A stretch of DNA of 55,659 nt, taken from the NCBI GenBank assembly GCA_963775895.1, contig CAVZKL010000014.1:1-55659 (forward strand), read 5' to 3'. Below, one piece after another: positions 9,339 to 20,960 of this stretch; within the stretch, counting starts at the first letter, position 1; every line of letters begins with the position of its first letter. A program made the position numbers and the translations under genes. The notes under the pieces were generated by a model that was not told the origin of the DNA, searched no databases, and worked only from the letters and a program-made list of their open reading frames with translations. This DNA comes from Candidatus Bathyarchaeota archaeon. Its GTDB lineage: Archaea; Thermoproteota; Bathyarchaeia; Bathyarchaeales; Bathycorpusculaceae.

Positions 9339-12000
9339 TTACTGTGGGGGCACGTAGGTGAAGAGGAAGTTGACTGCGATTATACGTAGATCGAACACGT
9401 CGATGACACCATTGTTGTCCAAATCGTACGTTGATGCGGTGGGCCAAAGTGCATCTCCGATTTTGACGCCGAAGTATATTGCTACCAAGCGCAGGTCAAA
9501 GAGATCAACAGTGCCGTCATTGTTCACGTCACCCTGTATGGGTGAGAACGTGTAGACAAAGTATGGTCCAACGTCTATCTGGTTTAAGCCACTTCTCACG
9601 TACCGCAAGTCTGGGCCCGCTGGATAGCTTACGTTAGCTCCTTGGATGAAGATTGCGTCGCTCAAGTCATTCACTGCTCCGCTCTTCCAAACATGGTAGA
9701 ACGTTGCTTCAAATCTGATGGATACGAGAGTTTGACTTCCGTTTATCGGTGCGCCTGAAGTGTATCCTGTGATTACTCCGCCTGCGACGTTGATGGTTCC
9801 TGAACCCCAAGCGTTCCACGTTACATTGAAGTATGTGAGCAGCGTTGCGTTGTAATGGATTTCGAAGGCAAAGTCCTCGACGTTGAGAGCGTTGGAGATG
9901 TTGATTGTCACCTTGAAGTTTTCGCTGTACATGCGACAAGTCCTGCTCGCTGGGTTCATTTGAAGCAGCGGTTTTTCCGTGAAGTGAGCCGTGACCGAGA
10001 TAGTTGCCAGTCATACTCATCGTAGCTGGGTTGGCTGAACCGGACAAGGCGCCGCTCCAATAGTGGAAAATCCAACCCAGATTCGCAGAGGGGGTCAGGG
10101 TGACAACGTCACCGTAGTTGTAGTAAGGTCCTACAGGACTAACGCCGACTGAACCTTGGCCGTCGACGCTGACCGTCAACGTGTACTTGTTTTGAATGAA
10201 GGTAGCAGTAACTGACATGTTGCCTGTCACAGTAACCATAGTGGGGTTAGCTGTGCCGGAAGCGTCACCGCCCCAGCTGCCAAAACTATAGCCAGGACTA
10301 GGAGTAGCATTCAGCGTGACGACGGTGCCGTACGTGTAGGTGGCTTGATTGGGATTCTTAGTGACCGAGCCGCTGCCGACAGGCGTGACAGTGACGATCA
10401 GAGTGTACTGGTCCTGAGTGAAAGTAGCATTGACGATCGTGTTGCCAATAATTGTCAATGTTGCAGGATTGGCGGAGCCAGACAAGGCTTCGCTCCAATG
10501 ATCGAAGGTCCAACCAAGGGTGGCAGTCGCTGTTAACTGAACAACGTCGCCATAGTGAAGAGACCCAGTGTTGTTCTTGCTTACAGAACCGCTGCCGACA
10601 GTGTTAATCGTTAGTGTGTACACGTTCTGAGTGAAAGTACCAGTAACAGCCATGTTACCACTGATAGCTAGCGTGGCAGGGCTAGAAGAACCGATTAGGC
10701 CGCCACTCCAGTGGTCGAAGCTCCACCCTATTGTGGGAACAGCCGTCAACTGGACAACGTCGCCATAGTGGTAAGGTCCGCTGTTGTTCAGGTTCACTGT
10801 ACCACTGCCAACGGGATCCACTGACACGGATAGAGTGTACGTGAGTTGAATGAAGGTGGCAGTAACATCCATGTTGCCGGTTATTGTCAAGTTATCTGGG
10901 TTGGTGGAGCCAATTAGATTGCCGCTCCAGTGATCGAAGGACCATCCAATGTTAGCAGTAGCCGTCAATTGAACGACGTCGCCATAATGAAGGACTCCGG
11001 TGTTGTTCTTGCTTACAGAACCGCTGCCGACAGTGTTAATCGTTAGTGTGTACACGTTCTGAGTGAAAGTGGCAGTTACAGCTTTGTTGCCGGTCATATT
11101 TACGGTAGTTGAGCTAGATGTGCCTAGGGCGTCTCCGCTCCAGCTGGCGAACGTCCAGCCTATGTTTGCGTTGGCAGTTAGGTTGACATCCGTGCCGTAA
11201 GTGTATGTGGATTGGTCAGGATCCTTGGTGACTGAGCCGCTGCCGACGGGTGTGACAGTGACGGTCAGAGTGTACTGGTTCTGAGTGAAAGCGGCATTTA
11301 CAGAGGTATCGCCGGTCATAACTAGAGTAGCAGGGTTAGCCGATCCTGTTACCCCGCCACTCCAGCTGGAAAAACTCCAGCCAATGACTGGGATGGCTGT
11401 CAACAAAACTGCTTCTCCATTGTGGTAGTAAGGTCCGGTGTTGTTCAGAATCACGGAGCCGCTGCCTGAAGTCGTAACTGTCAGAGTGAAGGCTTGAACA
11501 TACGCTGTGCCGTCGATCGTTGTGTGTGTAATTGGCAGAGGGGGTATGTTTTGATCTCCGAGTTTTGTATCGGTCAGGTGAAGGAGTGAATTGCCTACTA
11601 CAGTGGCGTTGAAGGTGATAGTCGCTAGCACGCCACTGCCGTTCACGTAAGTGTTTCCAAATAGTGTGGCGTAAGCTTGCACGCTCCCCTGAGTGCTGCT
11701 GTAATTGTTGTTTATGTTTTCGCCGAAATAAGTTCCGCCCCCGCTTTTCAGGAACGAACCTTCAGTGACACCCGTGCAGTTTAGGACGGTGTTGTTGAAG
11801 TATACTGTGAATTGCCAAGAAGTGAGATAGGCAACGTCAGTAACGTTTACATCCACGCTGAAGGTTTTGCCGATTGTTACGTAGGAATTTGTAGGGTTGA
11901 TAGCTATTGTTGTCGAAGCTGCAGATATTTTGAATATTGGTATGATCAGCATGAGAAGAATGAGCGTTATAGGTACTAGTACGTATCTTTTTGATTTCAA
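9339..12000 (-). CDS. Array gene G2: signal peptide - cohesin-like - 7 InlB B-repeat/Flg_new-like repeats - cohesin-like - dockerin (class B); frameshift near 10000
   Basis: ORFs 9709..12000 and 9339..9959; seven ~72-aa repeats YTLT...GSGSV...YG.VV.LTA...GW.F..WSG; GDVNNDGTVDLFDL...DLDNNGVIDVFDL. Confidence 0.87.
10568..11070. repeat. 71-bp identical direct repeat (10568-10638 and 11000-11070) between B-repeat units of G2
   Basis: Direct comparison, offset 432 bp. Confidence 0.85.
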
Positions 12001-12004
12001 TTTC

Positions 12005-12076
12005 CTTTCTCCCTCTAAATTTGCAGTTTAATAACAGCAGAGCGGTCTATTTAAGAATTCAGGAATTAACCTCTAT
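12005..12076 (-). promoter_or_regulatory. Array promoter/leader motif, copy P2
   Basis: CTTTCTCCCTCTAAATTTGCAG...TATTTAAG-AA-TTCAGGAA-TTAAC-CTCTAT. Confidence 0.85.
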
Positions 12077-12184
12077 AGTTGCTTCTTCAATGGTTGAGCT
12101 GATTGTATGAGTCAAAGAAAGCGAAGCAAGCCCTTCGAGCGCGAATGTCAACATGAACCTATATGATCTGTTTGCATATTCCCT

Positions 12185-15100
12185 TCATGATACATAGGTG
12201 TATCCGAAGTTTGAAGCAGCAGTCCTCAGATCGAAAACGTCAATGATTCCACTGCCATCCAAATCATAAGATGATGCGACTGCCCAGTTGGGGTCTCCTT
12301 GCTTGACCAAATAGTATATTGCGACCGTGCGAAGATCGAGGACGTCAACGGTTCCATCGTTGTTCACGTCGCCTCTTATCGGAGAGAAAGTGTAAGCGAG
12401 ACCTGGATTTATATTGATCTGATTGAGACCACCTTTCTCGTAGTCCAAGTCCGGACCAACTAGATAGCTTAGATTGGCTCCATTGAAGAATATGGTGTCA
12501 ACCAAATCATTCGTCCAACCTGCAACGCTCTTCCAGACGTGACGGTAAGCAGCCTTGAGACTAACTGTCATTAACGTCTGTGTTCCACTCATCGCGACTC
12601 CTGCAGTGAGACCGTCTATCACTCCTTCAGCCTCATTCACATTCATCGTTCCTGATCCCCAAGCGTTCCAGCTGACGTTCACGTAGTCGAGCAACGTGGT
12701 GTTGTAGTGGATTTCAAACGCGAAACCGGTGACGTTGTCGGTATCAGAAACGTTCACCGCTAGAGTGAAAATCTCGTCAATTGTACGACAGACTCTGACT
12801 GAAGGATCCATTTCAAGCGTTGGAGCTTCAACGTACATATAGCCACCATCCTGAGACAAGTGTGCTATGGGTTCTGCCTGGGAATCACTCATTTTGTGGA
12901 TTGCAAAGTGAATAGAGGTCTCCTCCGGAGGTGTGGGACCATTCACAGAGAGCTCTAGCGTGAAGAGGGTTTGGCTTTGAGTTGTGTTGAAGCTGCCTGA
13001 CGTAGAAAGTGCCACGAGTCTACAGTAGCCTGGACCGTTCTCGTTCTTCGCGAGGAACCATTTGCCCGAACCCCACAAGGCGTCCAACGTGTCATTGTAG
13101 TAACAGTTCTTGAACGTCAACAAAGCACTGTCCCACGTGATATTGAAATCAAACCCCGACAAGTCAATCACGTTCTCGATCGTAACATTCACTTTGAAGC
13201 TACTGCCCACTTCAAGAGAACTCTTCTTTGTTGCAGAAGGACTAACGTACAACGAGGTTTCGTTCGTCTGTTCATTTCCCATAATTGTCACGGGTTCGGG
13301 AGATGAGTATTTGCGGACTGCTACCCAAAGCGATTTTATCGTTGCCGTTCCAGAGTAGACTCTGAATTCAACAGGCATCGAACCGAGAGTCTGTGAGTGA
13401 GTGGCCGCCAAAGAGTCATCAATGTAGTACTTCTCCGCACCAGACACGTACGTTATGCTATACCAATGGTAAGAATCTAGAAAACTTTGACTTATAGAAG
13501 TCGATTGAGCGTTAGGATACGTATAGGCAGCGAATGAGCCCCCACCACCTCTCTCAAACAAAGTGAAGGGGCCAGTCATGTCAGATGCGCAGAAGCCGAT
13601 CCAGTGATTGGTGGATGTTTCGCTTCCGACGTACGCTTCTGTCTCGAGGGCATATCCACTCCCGAAGCTGCTCAGACTCGTAATGGAGCCCGTTGTATCC
13701 AATACCAAGGCTCCACTCTCAACCCTCGGTGAACCTCTTGTCGACCATTTGCCGGTATCCAAAACGTTAAAATCGTCGAAAAACTCAAAGGTGTTTGTTC
13801 CATTCGAAGTCGAACTGGCTTTATAGTTACCGTAGTACATCCAGATCCATTTCAAGCTCGAGGTTGGTATGCTTGGAACTTTGACCCAGAAAATTGCGGA
13901 ATCTGAAGCCGTATAGTTCTGAATCCAATACGAGATCAACGTTGTACCGTCCGAGTCTGCGAACCTCAGGTCAGAGAAGTCTGTTTTCATGTCCGAATCG
14001 TAAGCCACGTTAATCCTCACCTGATAATCAATCAATTCGGGCGGTGTCGAGGGATGAGCGTAGGGATCGAATTGTTCAGTGTACGGTAATGCGCCTGAGC
14101 CATCTCTTCCTGCTATAGCATAGAGCTTTCCATTCATAATTCCACAGTTATGGCCGTCCCTTGGATGACTTGCTGATGGCAGTATCTGCCAAGTATTTGT
14201 TCCGGGATCATATACGCATGCGTCAGTGTAAATAAAGAAGTCATTCCGTGCGAAATGTAGATCTTTCCGTCAAGCGCAGCGTTTTCTCTGGCTAAGCCCC
14301 ACCTACTGAAAGGCATCGACGCTTTCGTACTCCAGCTGTCACTCGCTACATCATAAGCTTCGTTAGTGCTCAAATACCCCCCTGCAGGACCTCCACCGCC
14401 TATGGCATAAAGGACTCCGTTAACCTCAGAGAGTGAGAAAAACCTTCTAGGAGTCGGCATAGGAGCCTTCGACGTGTCATATGAATCCGTCAAAGGATCA
14501 TAAACGGTGACGTTTCCTGACGTGTCTCCATCTCTCCACCCGCCCATTACGTAGATCTTTCCGTCGTATGCTATTGATGAGGCACTGTGCATACCCAAAG
14601 TGATTGGAAAGTCCGAGCCAACGGACCATGAATCCGTAACGGTGTCATAAATGTACAGGGTTTTGTAGCCATCCCAGTTGTTGGAGTTGTCTATTCCTCC
14701 CCAGATGTACGCTTTGGTGCCAACTGCGCAAGCGGTTGCTGCGTAGGAATGATTACTCGGCATACTGGCTTTCTGTGACCAAGTGTCTGCTAAGGGGTCG
14801 TAGACATAAGTTTCGTTACAAACGTTTGTAGGAGATCCTGGACCGTAGCCTCCGAAAAGGTACAGTTTGCCGTTCACAACGACACTTGACGCGTCAGCTC
14901 TGGCTGCAGGCATCAAGGCTTTGTCACTCCACACTCCGTTAGGATTGCCAACTGGAGGCGTGTTGTTGATCGCGATCGGCTTCCTCTCAGTCCAGTTCCG
15001 ATTGTACCAGTCTGCGCTAGGTGGCACCGGAGGCGGTGGGGGCGGCGGAGGTGGTAATTCTTGTATCGACACTTTGAACCTCACGTCCCAATTCCCTTCT

Positions 15101-16017
15101 CGGTGGCTATAGTAGTAATAGACGTAGTCGCCTAACAGGTGAGGGAAGCCACATGCATCGTCGTTGGGCAGTATCGGGCTGTTCGGGCATTCACAAGCGC
15201 CGTCAAAGCAATTTGGTCCAAGCAATTCGCTGTAGAAGGCTCGAACCACCCATAGGCTACTGGGATACGACTCTGTTGTTAAATAGTAGGTGTTGTTCCT
15301 GTGGAAGATTCCTGGAGCGGCCAAAACGCCCATAGAACCATCGGTGCGAAGAACGATGTGGGGCGCCGTTACAATGTCTGTAAGGTTACTGGCGTGGCGG
15401 GCTCCGATGCTGTTTCCATTCTCAGCCGTGAGAAGCCACCACTCACCGTCAATGGGGCTGTGCCAGAGGAATGGATCATGTTCGCCGTTGCCACTCGCCG
15501 CGAGTTCTTGTTCTGTAAAAGTGTATCCGTCACTCACGGGTGAAGTGGCTCGGTATACTCCGTCAAGTATTCCGCCGTGTATGTAGAACATGTTTATTGT
15601 GCCGTCTTGTACGCCCACGGTAGGCCAACCCCATCCATCTACCAACGGAGTGGCAGATGAATAGCGAGTCCAGTTTTCCAAGTCTTCCGAGAAAGCCAAT
15701 CCCACTGACGCATGATCTGCTGTTCCATAGTATCCCCAGTATCGATGACCATCCTTGTTCAATTCAAGGATGTCTAGGTTATGAGGACCACCTCGGACCG
15801 AGTCCCAATATGAAGTGTTGTAGTCGAGGGCGACTTTTTCTTCGCCGAGAGTTGGAAAAGAGGAGACTGGTGGCGCGCTTGCTACAGGAGTCGGGACAAA
15901 TGTTAGTGCAACCAGATTTACGAATAGAATTATGAGAATTGCTGAAGCGAAACAGATTTTTGAACTCTGCTTGAAGCTCTTTATCGTCTTGTTCAGAATC
16001 AGCCCTACTGGTGACAT
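12185..16017 (-). CDS. Array gene G3: signal peptide - 5-bladed beta-propeller glycosidase-like - poly-Pro - DUF2341 with inserted Kelch propeller - 2 cohesin-like - dockerin (class B); frameshift near 14220
   Basis: ORFs 14134..16017 and 12185..14137; VGLAFSEDLENWTRY, HDPFLW; Kelch GKLYLFGG...YDPLADTW; DFSDLRFADSDG; GDVNNDGTVDVLDL. Confidence 0.85.
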
Positions 16018-16023
16018 CTAACC

Positions 16024-16091
16024 CCTTCCCTCTAATCTGCACAGAATACTCTATTGAAACGATATTTAAGACTTGAGGAAATAAGTTCTAT
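16024..16091 (-). promoter_or_regulatory. Array promoter/leader motif, copy P3
   Basis: CCTTCCCTCTAATCTGCA...TATTTAAG-AC-TTGAGGAA-ATAAG-TTCTAT. Confidence 0.8.
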
Positions 16092-16151
16092 TGTCAATTC
16101 CGCTCCTTGAATTTGAAGTATTAAATGAAAAAAGGGGGTTGTGAGGACCCA

Positions 16152-19128
16152 TTATGGATAGGTGAATCCGTAGTTGTGCGCTATCGTCACCAGGTCGAAT
16201 ATGTCAATGATGTTGTCGCCGTTCAAATCGTACGCTGAGGCTTGTGGCAGTTTGGATCTCCGAGTTTTGTATCGTAGAAAGCTGCTACAGTTCTAAGGTC
16301 AAAAACATCCACGACGCCGTTGTTCTCTACGTCTCCTTGTATGGGCGAGAACGTGCAGGTGACGCTTGAGCTCACAGTGATCTCATTCATCGCATCCTTT
16401 ACGTAGTGAAGCTTCCCACCACCCGAATAGCTCAAGTTGGCCGATTGGAAGAATATTTGACCAATCTGGTCGTTCTTCCAACCTGGGATCTTGCTCTCTT
16501 CCTTCCACACGCGGTAATAGGCTGCGCTGAACTGTACTGTCATTAACGTTTGAGAACCGCTAATGGAGTTGCCTGATGCTGTGCCAGTGATTTTGCCATT
16601 GGTGTCGTCTATGTTCGAGGTTCCTGATACCCACGCGGTCCAAACGACTCCTGTGCAATCCAAAAGTGTGGTGTTATAGTCGATCTCGAATTCGAAGCCG
16701 TTCACGTCGTAAGCGTTTGTGACTGTTATGGTTATCACAAAGTTCTCATTATGCACTCGACATGTCCTAGTCGTTGGACTCATTTGAAGACCGGGTTGTC
16801 CGCCCGTGATCTTGTAGGTTCCGTCATCGACTGTGTGGGTAATGGATGTGTAATGCGAATCGCTGAGTTTGTGAGTCAAGAAATGAATTGAAGTTTGTTT
16901 CAACAGGTTGGTTTGAGGATCTTCAACGCGGAATTCGATCGTGAACATCGTTTGGCTACCGGTGGTGCTGAAGCCGCTGACAGTAGACACAGCTACGAGC
17001 TTGTACCATCCTGCACCTGTTTCATTCTGTGCAACGAACCAGTTGCCTGCTCCCCACATAGCATCCAACGTTTTATTGAAATAGCAGTTGCTGAAGGTGA
17101 CCAACGTGTTGTCCCAAGTGACGTTACAATCAAACCCAAACAGGTCAGTGATACTGTCAATCTTGACGCTAACGTTGAAATATGTGCCTATGTCACTCAA
17201 TGTTTTCTGTACCAGCGATGGGTCAATGTGGAGTCTCGCTTCATAGGCTTCTTCCTGTCCCACGGTTGTCGTGGGTTCCGGTGATGAGTATTTCCGAACA
17301 GCTACCCACTGGGATTTGATCATTGCCAGTCCAGAGATGCCCTGAACTCTACAGGCATCGGGGTAAGGGTTGACACATGAGTGGCTTTTAAGCTGTCATC
17401 GATGTATACTTTCTCCGCGCCAGCCACAAAGGTAATAGTGTACCAATGGTAAGCGTTTAGGTAGTTCTGGTCAAGCGGCGTTGTTTGACCAACAGGAGGA
17501 TAGGTCCATGCTTGGAAAATGCCACTGGAACGATCAACTAGGATAAAAGGTCCAACCGCATCAGAAGCACAGAATCCAAGCCAGCCATTTGATGTTGTAC
17601 TCCCAACGTAGGCCTCTGTCTCGAGAGCATGACCATTTCCGAAACTGCTCAGACTAGTGACTTGGCTTACCGCGTCAATTATCAGAGCACCTCCCTCGAC
17701 TCTTGGAGAACCTTTGAGAGACCATTTGCCTGCGTCTAAAGTATTGAAATCGTCGAAAAAGTCGAAAGTAGTTGCTCCGTTAGATACAGAACTTGCAGCT
17801 GGGTTTCCATAATACATGTAGACTGTCATCGTGCTCGATCCAGGTATACTTGGAACCTTGACCCAAACAATCGCTGATACCGAATCGGTATAGCTTTGTA
17901 CCCAACACGAAATGAGCGTTGTGCCGTCTGCATCTGTGAACCTCAAATCAGAAAAGTCCGTTTTCATGTCTGAATCGTAAGCCACGTTGATCCTAATTTG
18001 ATAATCGACTAGACTGGTGGACCAGGAGGTTGATAATAGGGATCGAATTGTTCGTTGTAGGTAAGTGCGCCTGAACCGTCTCTCCCTCCGATGGCATATA
18101 GCTTCTTTCCGATGACTCCACAATTGTGACCGTCCCTCGCATGCTTTGCCGATGGAAGTATTTGCCAAGTATTCGTAACAGGATCATACACGCATGCGTC
18201 AGTAGTAGAAAGAGGAAGTCATGCCATGGGAAATGTAGATTTTTCCGTCCAATGCGGCGTTTTCTCTTGCTAGACCCCACCTGCTGAAAGGCATCGATGC
18301 TTTGGTGGTCCAAGTGTCGGATGCAATGTCATAAGCTTCGTTTGTGCTCAGAGTAAGATCTGTTGGTCCTCCTCCGCCTATAGCGTACAGAATTCCGTTG
18401 ACCTCAGAGAGCGAGAAGAACCGTCTAGGAGTCGGCATAGGAGCCTTCGATGTGTCATACGAATCCGTCACAGGATCATACACAATCACGCTGCCTGGAG
18501 TGGTTCCGTCTATCTCAAGCCGCCGATCACATAGATTTTTCCACCATATGCTATTACAGATGGGCTGTGGAGTCCTGATCGTGACTGGATAGTCTGCGCC
18601 TGATGACCAAGAGTCTGCAATCGAATCGTAAATGTAAAGTGTCTTGTAGATAGCTGCCGCCGCTGCTTATTCCTCCGAAGACATATGCTTTCGTGCCAAG
18701 TGCACACGCACCTGCCGCGTAAGAGTGACCGCCAGGCATGCTGGCTTTCTGTGTCCAGCTGTCAGTTGTTGGGTCATAGGCGTATACTTCGCTGCGAACG
18801 TCGCCTGCTCCGCCTGGACCGTATCCGCCAAATATGTAAATCTTGCCGTCTATGATGGCGCTTGATGCGTCCGATAGTCTCAGAGGCAGTGGGGCTTTGT
18901 CGCTCCAGATTCCAACAGGCACTTGCGACAATGTGTTGTCGATTGTTATGGGCTTTCTCTTCGTCCATGACGGATCGTACCAGCTTGGAGGCGCGGTGAC
19001 CGATGGGGTGGAAACGAAGGCGAAAATAAACATGGTGGAGAGGAGGATTGTAAGGATTGCTCGGCACGATGGGTTTTTGAACCTAGTGGAACATGAATTG
19101 CACTGCTTATTGAGAGAACTGGTTTCAT
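16152..19128 (-). CDS. Array gene G4: signal peptide - DUF2341 with inserted Kelch propeller - 2 cohesin-like - dockerin (class B); several frameshifts
   Basis: Fragments 18946..19128, 18554..19033, 18510..18707, 18199..18489, 18009..18191, 17320..18168 and 16223..17323 are collinear with G3; true end YDLNGDNIIDIFDLVTIAHNYGFTYP* at 16152. Confidence 0.8.
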
Positions 19129-19133
19129 ATTGT

Positions 19134-19204
19134 CCTTTCTCCTTTAATTTGCAGTTAAATATGAATCAGAAAAGGTATATAAGATTTCAGGAACGCACTT
19201 CTAT
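19134..19204 (-). promoter_or_regulatory. Array promoter/leader motif, copy P4
   Basis: CCTTTCTCCTTTAATTTGCAG...TATATAAG-AT-TTCAGGAA-CGCAC-TTCTAT. Confidence 0.85.
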
Positions 19205-19401
19205 GCCGGAACTACTTGGAAAAAAGACAAGCGCACGTGCTAGAAAAGAATTTTGACATGTCTTCTAGGTTTGCCTGAGCCTTGTTGTTACCAGCCGTAA
19301 TGAAAGTTCGTTGGAACAATTACGTGGGGCGCGAGCTGTTGAGATGCTTAGAGATTTCCTGCTACGAAGTGAACGTCGATCTAACGTCTACAAAAAGTAC
19401 T

Positions 19402-19512
19402 TCTTGCAAGAGTCTGTTGCAAGACTTTAGTATATATACTAAATTGCACTACCCCCTCCCACCCCCATAAAGAACCGCCTTGCCAGATTTCATAAACGGC
19501 CCATATGAAATC
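19402..19512. repeat. Cluster of intergenic dyads (TCTTGCAAGA; 18-bp TTTAGTATATATACTAAA; GATTTCATA-N9-TATGAAATC) around a C-rich tract
   Basis: Read directly at 19402-19411, 19426-19443, 19452-19466 and 19486-19512. Confidence 0.7.
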
Positions 19513-19585
19513 CTAATCAGTATTTGGGTTTATGGAACATAAGAAAAAAAGAGATTGTGGAGACGCGTCTTTCTGTTACAGTTTG

Positions 19586-20804
19586 CTATGGACTGTCTGG
19601 AACGTAATAGTTGAAGTTGGTAGCGACTACAACTAGGTCGAAGATATCAATGGTGCCGTCAGTCTTCACGTCGTATTTTGCTGGAGCTGGCGGGACAGCC
19701 TTGTCGTATTAGTGATGCAACCGTACGAAGGTCGTAAACGTCTACCTGTCCGTCAACTGCTACATCGCCTTGAATCAGATTGATCGTTAGGTCGATAGTT
19801 GCTGGTGGTGTGATCGGTGTAGGTCCGATTCCGTCTACATACAAAATGCCTTCAACAAAGCTTAGGTCACCATAGGTAGTATCAAGCGAAACTGTTGCGG
19901 CGTAGCGCATGGGGTGATGTGTGTTCTCCATATGTGTGTTTCTCTATCGTCGAATGCTACTTTGAAAGTCAATGTGAACAATAGTATGCGGTCACCCGTG
20001 GATGGACCGCCACTTGAAATCGAGACGTGAACAACGCCTGCTGTACTGTTGTCTACTATGCCTGTTCCAAAGGTGCTCCACGTGATCCACTCGTTATAGA
20101 ACATTAGCAGTTCTGACGTGTAGTCTATTTTGAGGTCATAGTCTGTGAGGCTTGAAGTGATGTGGGTTGCGTACACTTCAACTTTGAAGTATTTTCCGTA
20201 TTCATAGAGCTTGCTTGGATGGATGTTAACCAACGTGAAGTCGATGTCTGGGACTGTGGCGCTCATGCTGTACGGCCCGTCAGTCGGGTGTTGGAGTGAT
20301 AGCGTTCGCATTGTGATCACTGAGTGTTACTGTGTCGAAGTGCATTGATGTCGTATATGGAAAGTTGCCAGCTTTTACAATTGTAAAAGTAATTGTGAAA
20401 AGTGTTGTGGGACCTGCGCCTGTATACCCAAGCCCACCAGTCGCAACCGCTGAGTACCTAACGTAGCCCGGACCACTCTGTACCGGCGTGTTGGGCGGAA
20501 CCCATGCCAATGGTTCAAAGTATCCCTGAGGCCACACACTACTGAGAGGCGCATTATCGAGGCTTAGGAACGTTATTACCGAGCTATCCCAAGTAATTTT
20601 GATGTCGAAGCCGAACAAATCGGCAACGTTGCTAATCTGTACAGGTACCGTAAAAGTGCCTGGGAAGTCACTTGGGGTTTTTGACACCGACGGAATTGAA
20701 ATATCGGCCGTAGCTGCCGACACTTTGTTAATAGCGAGACCGAATGTGAAGACACTTGCGAGAAGCAATAGAGTTAGTATACTTGCTGCGTATTTCGTTT
20801 TCAT
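19586..20804 (-). CDS. Array gene G5: signal peptide - 2 cohesin-like - dockerin (class B); frameshifts
   Basis: Fragments 20280..20804, 19862..20320 and 19659..19931; DLFGFDIKITWD; GDVAVDGQVDVYDL; true end YDVKTDGTIDIFDLVVVATNFNYYVPDSP* at 19586. Confidence 0.8.
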
Positions 20805-20811
20805 GTTCCTT

Positions 20812-20884
20812 CCTTTCTCCTTCTAATATGCGTGATAATTAAGACTTCTCGAAGCTATTTAAGACTTCAGGAACAGTCTTCTAG
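20812..20884 (-). promoter_or_regulatory. Array promoter/leader motif, copy P5
   Basis: CCTTTCTCCTTCTAATATGCG...TATTTAAG-AC-TTCAGGAA-CAGTC-TTCTAG. Confidence 0.8.
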
Positions 20885-20960
20885 GCAACGCATTCCACGT
20901 TGAGTTTCCTACTTTCACGCGCAAAAACGAGGAAAAAACAAGTGGAGGTTATAGGTGGCT

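Noticed and set aside
16152-20804. G4/G5 as true pseudogenes, or Sec/Pyl stop read-through
   Set aside because: The breaks are frame changes rather than in-frame TGA/TAG, and the same kind of break hits housekeeping genes
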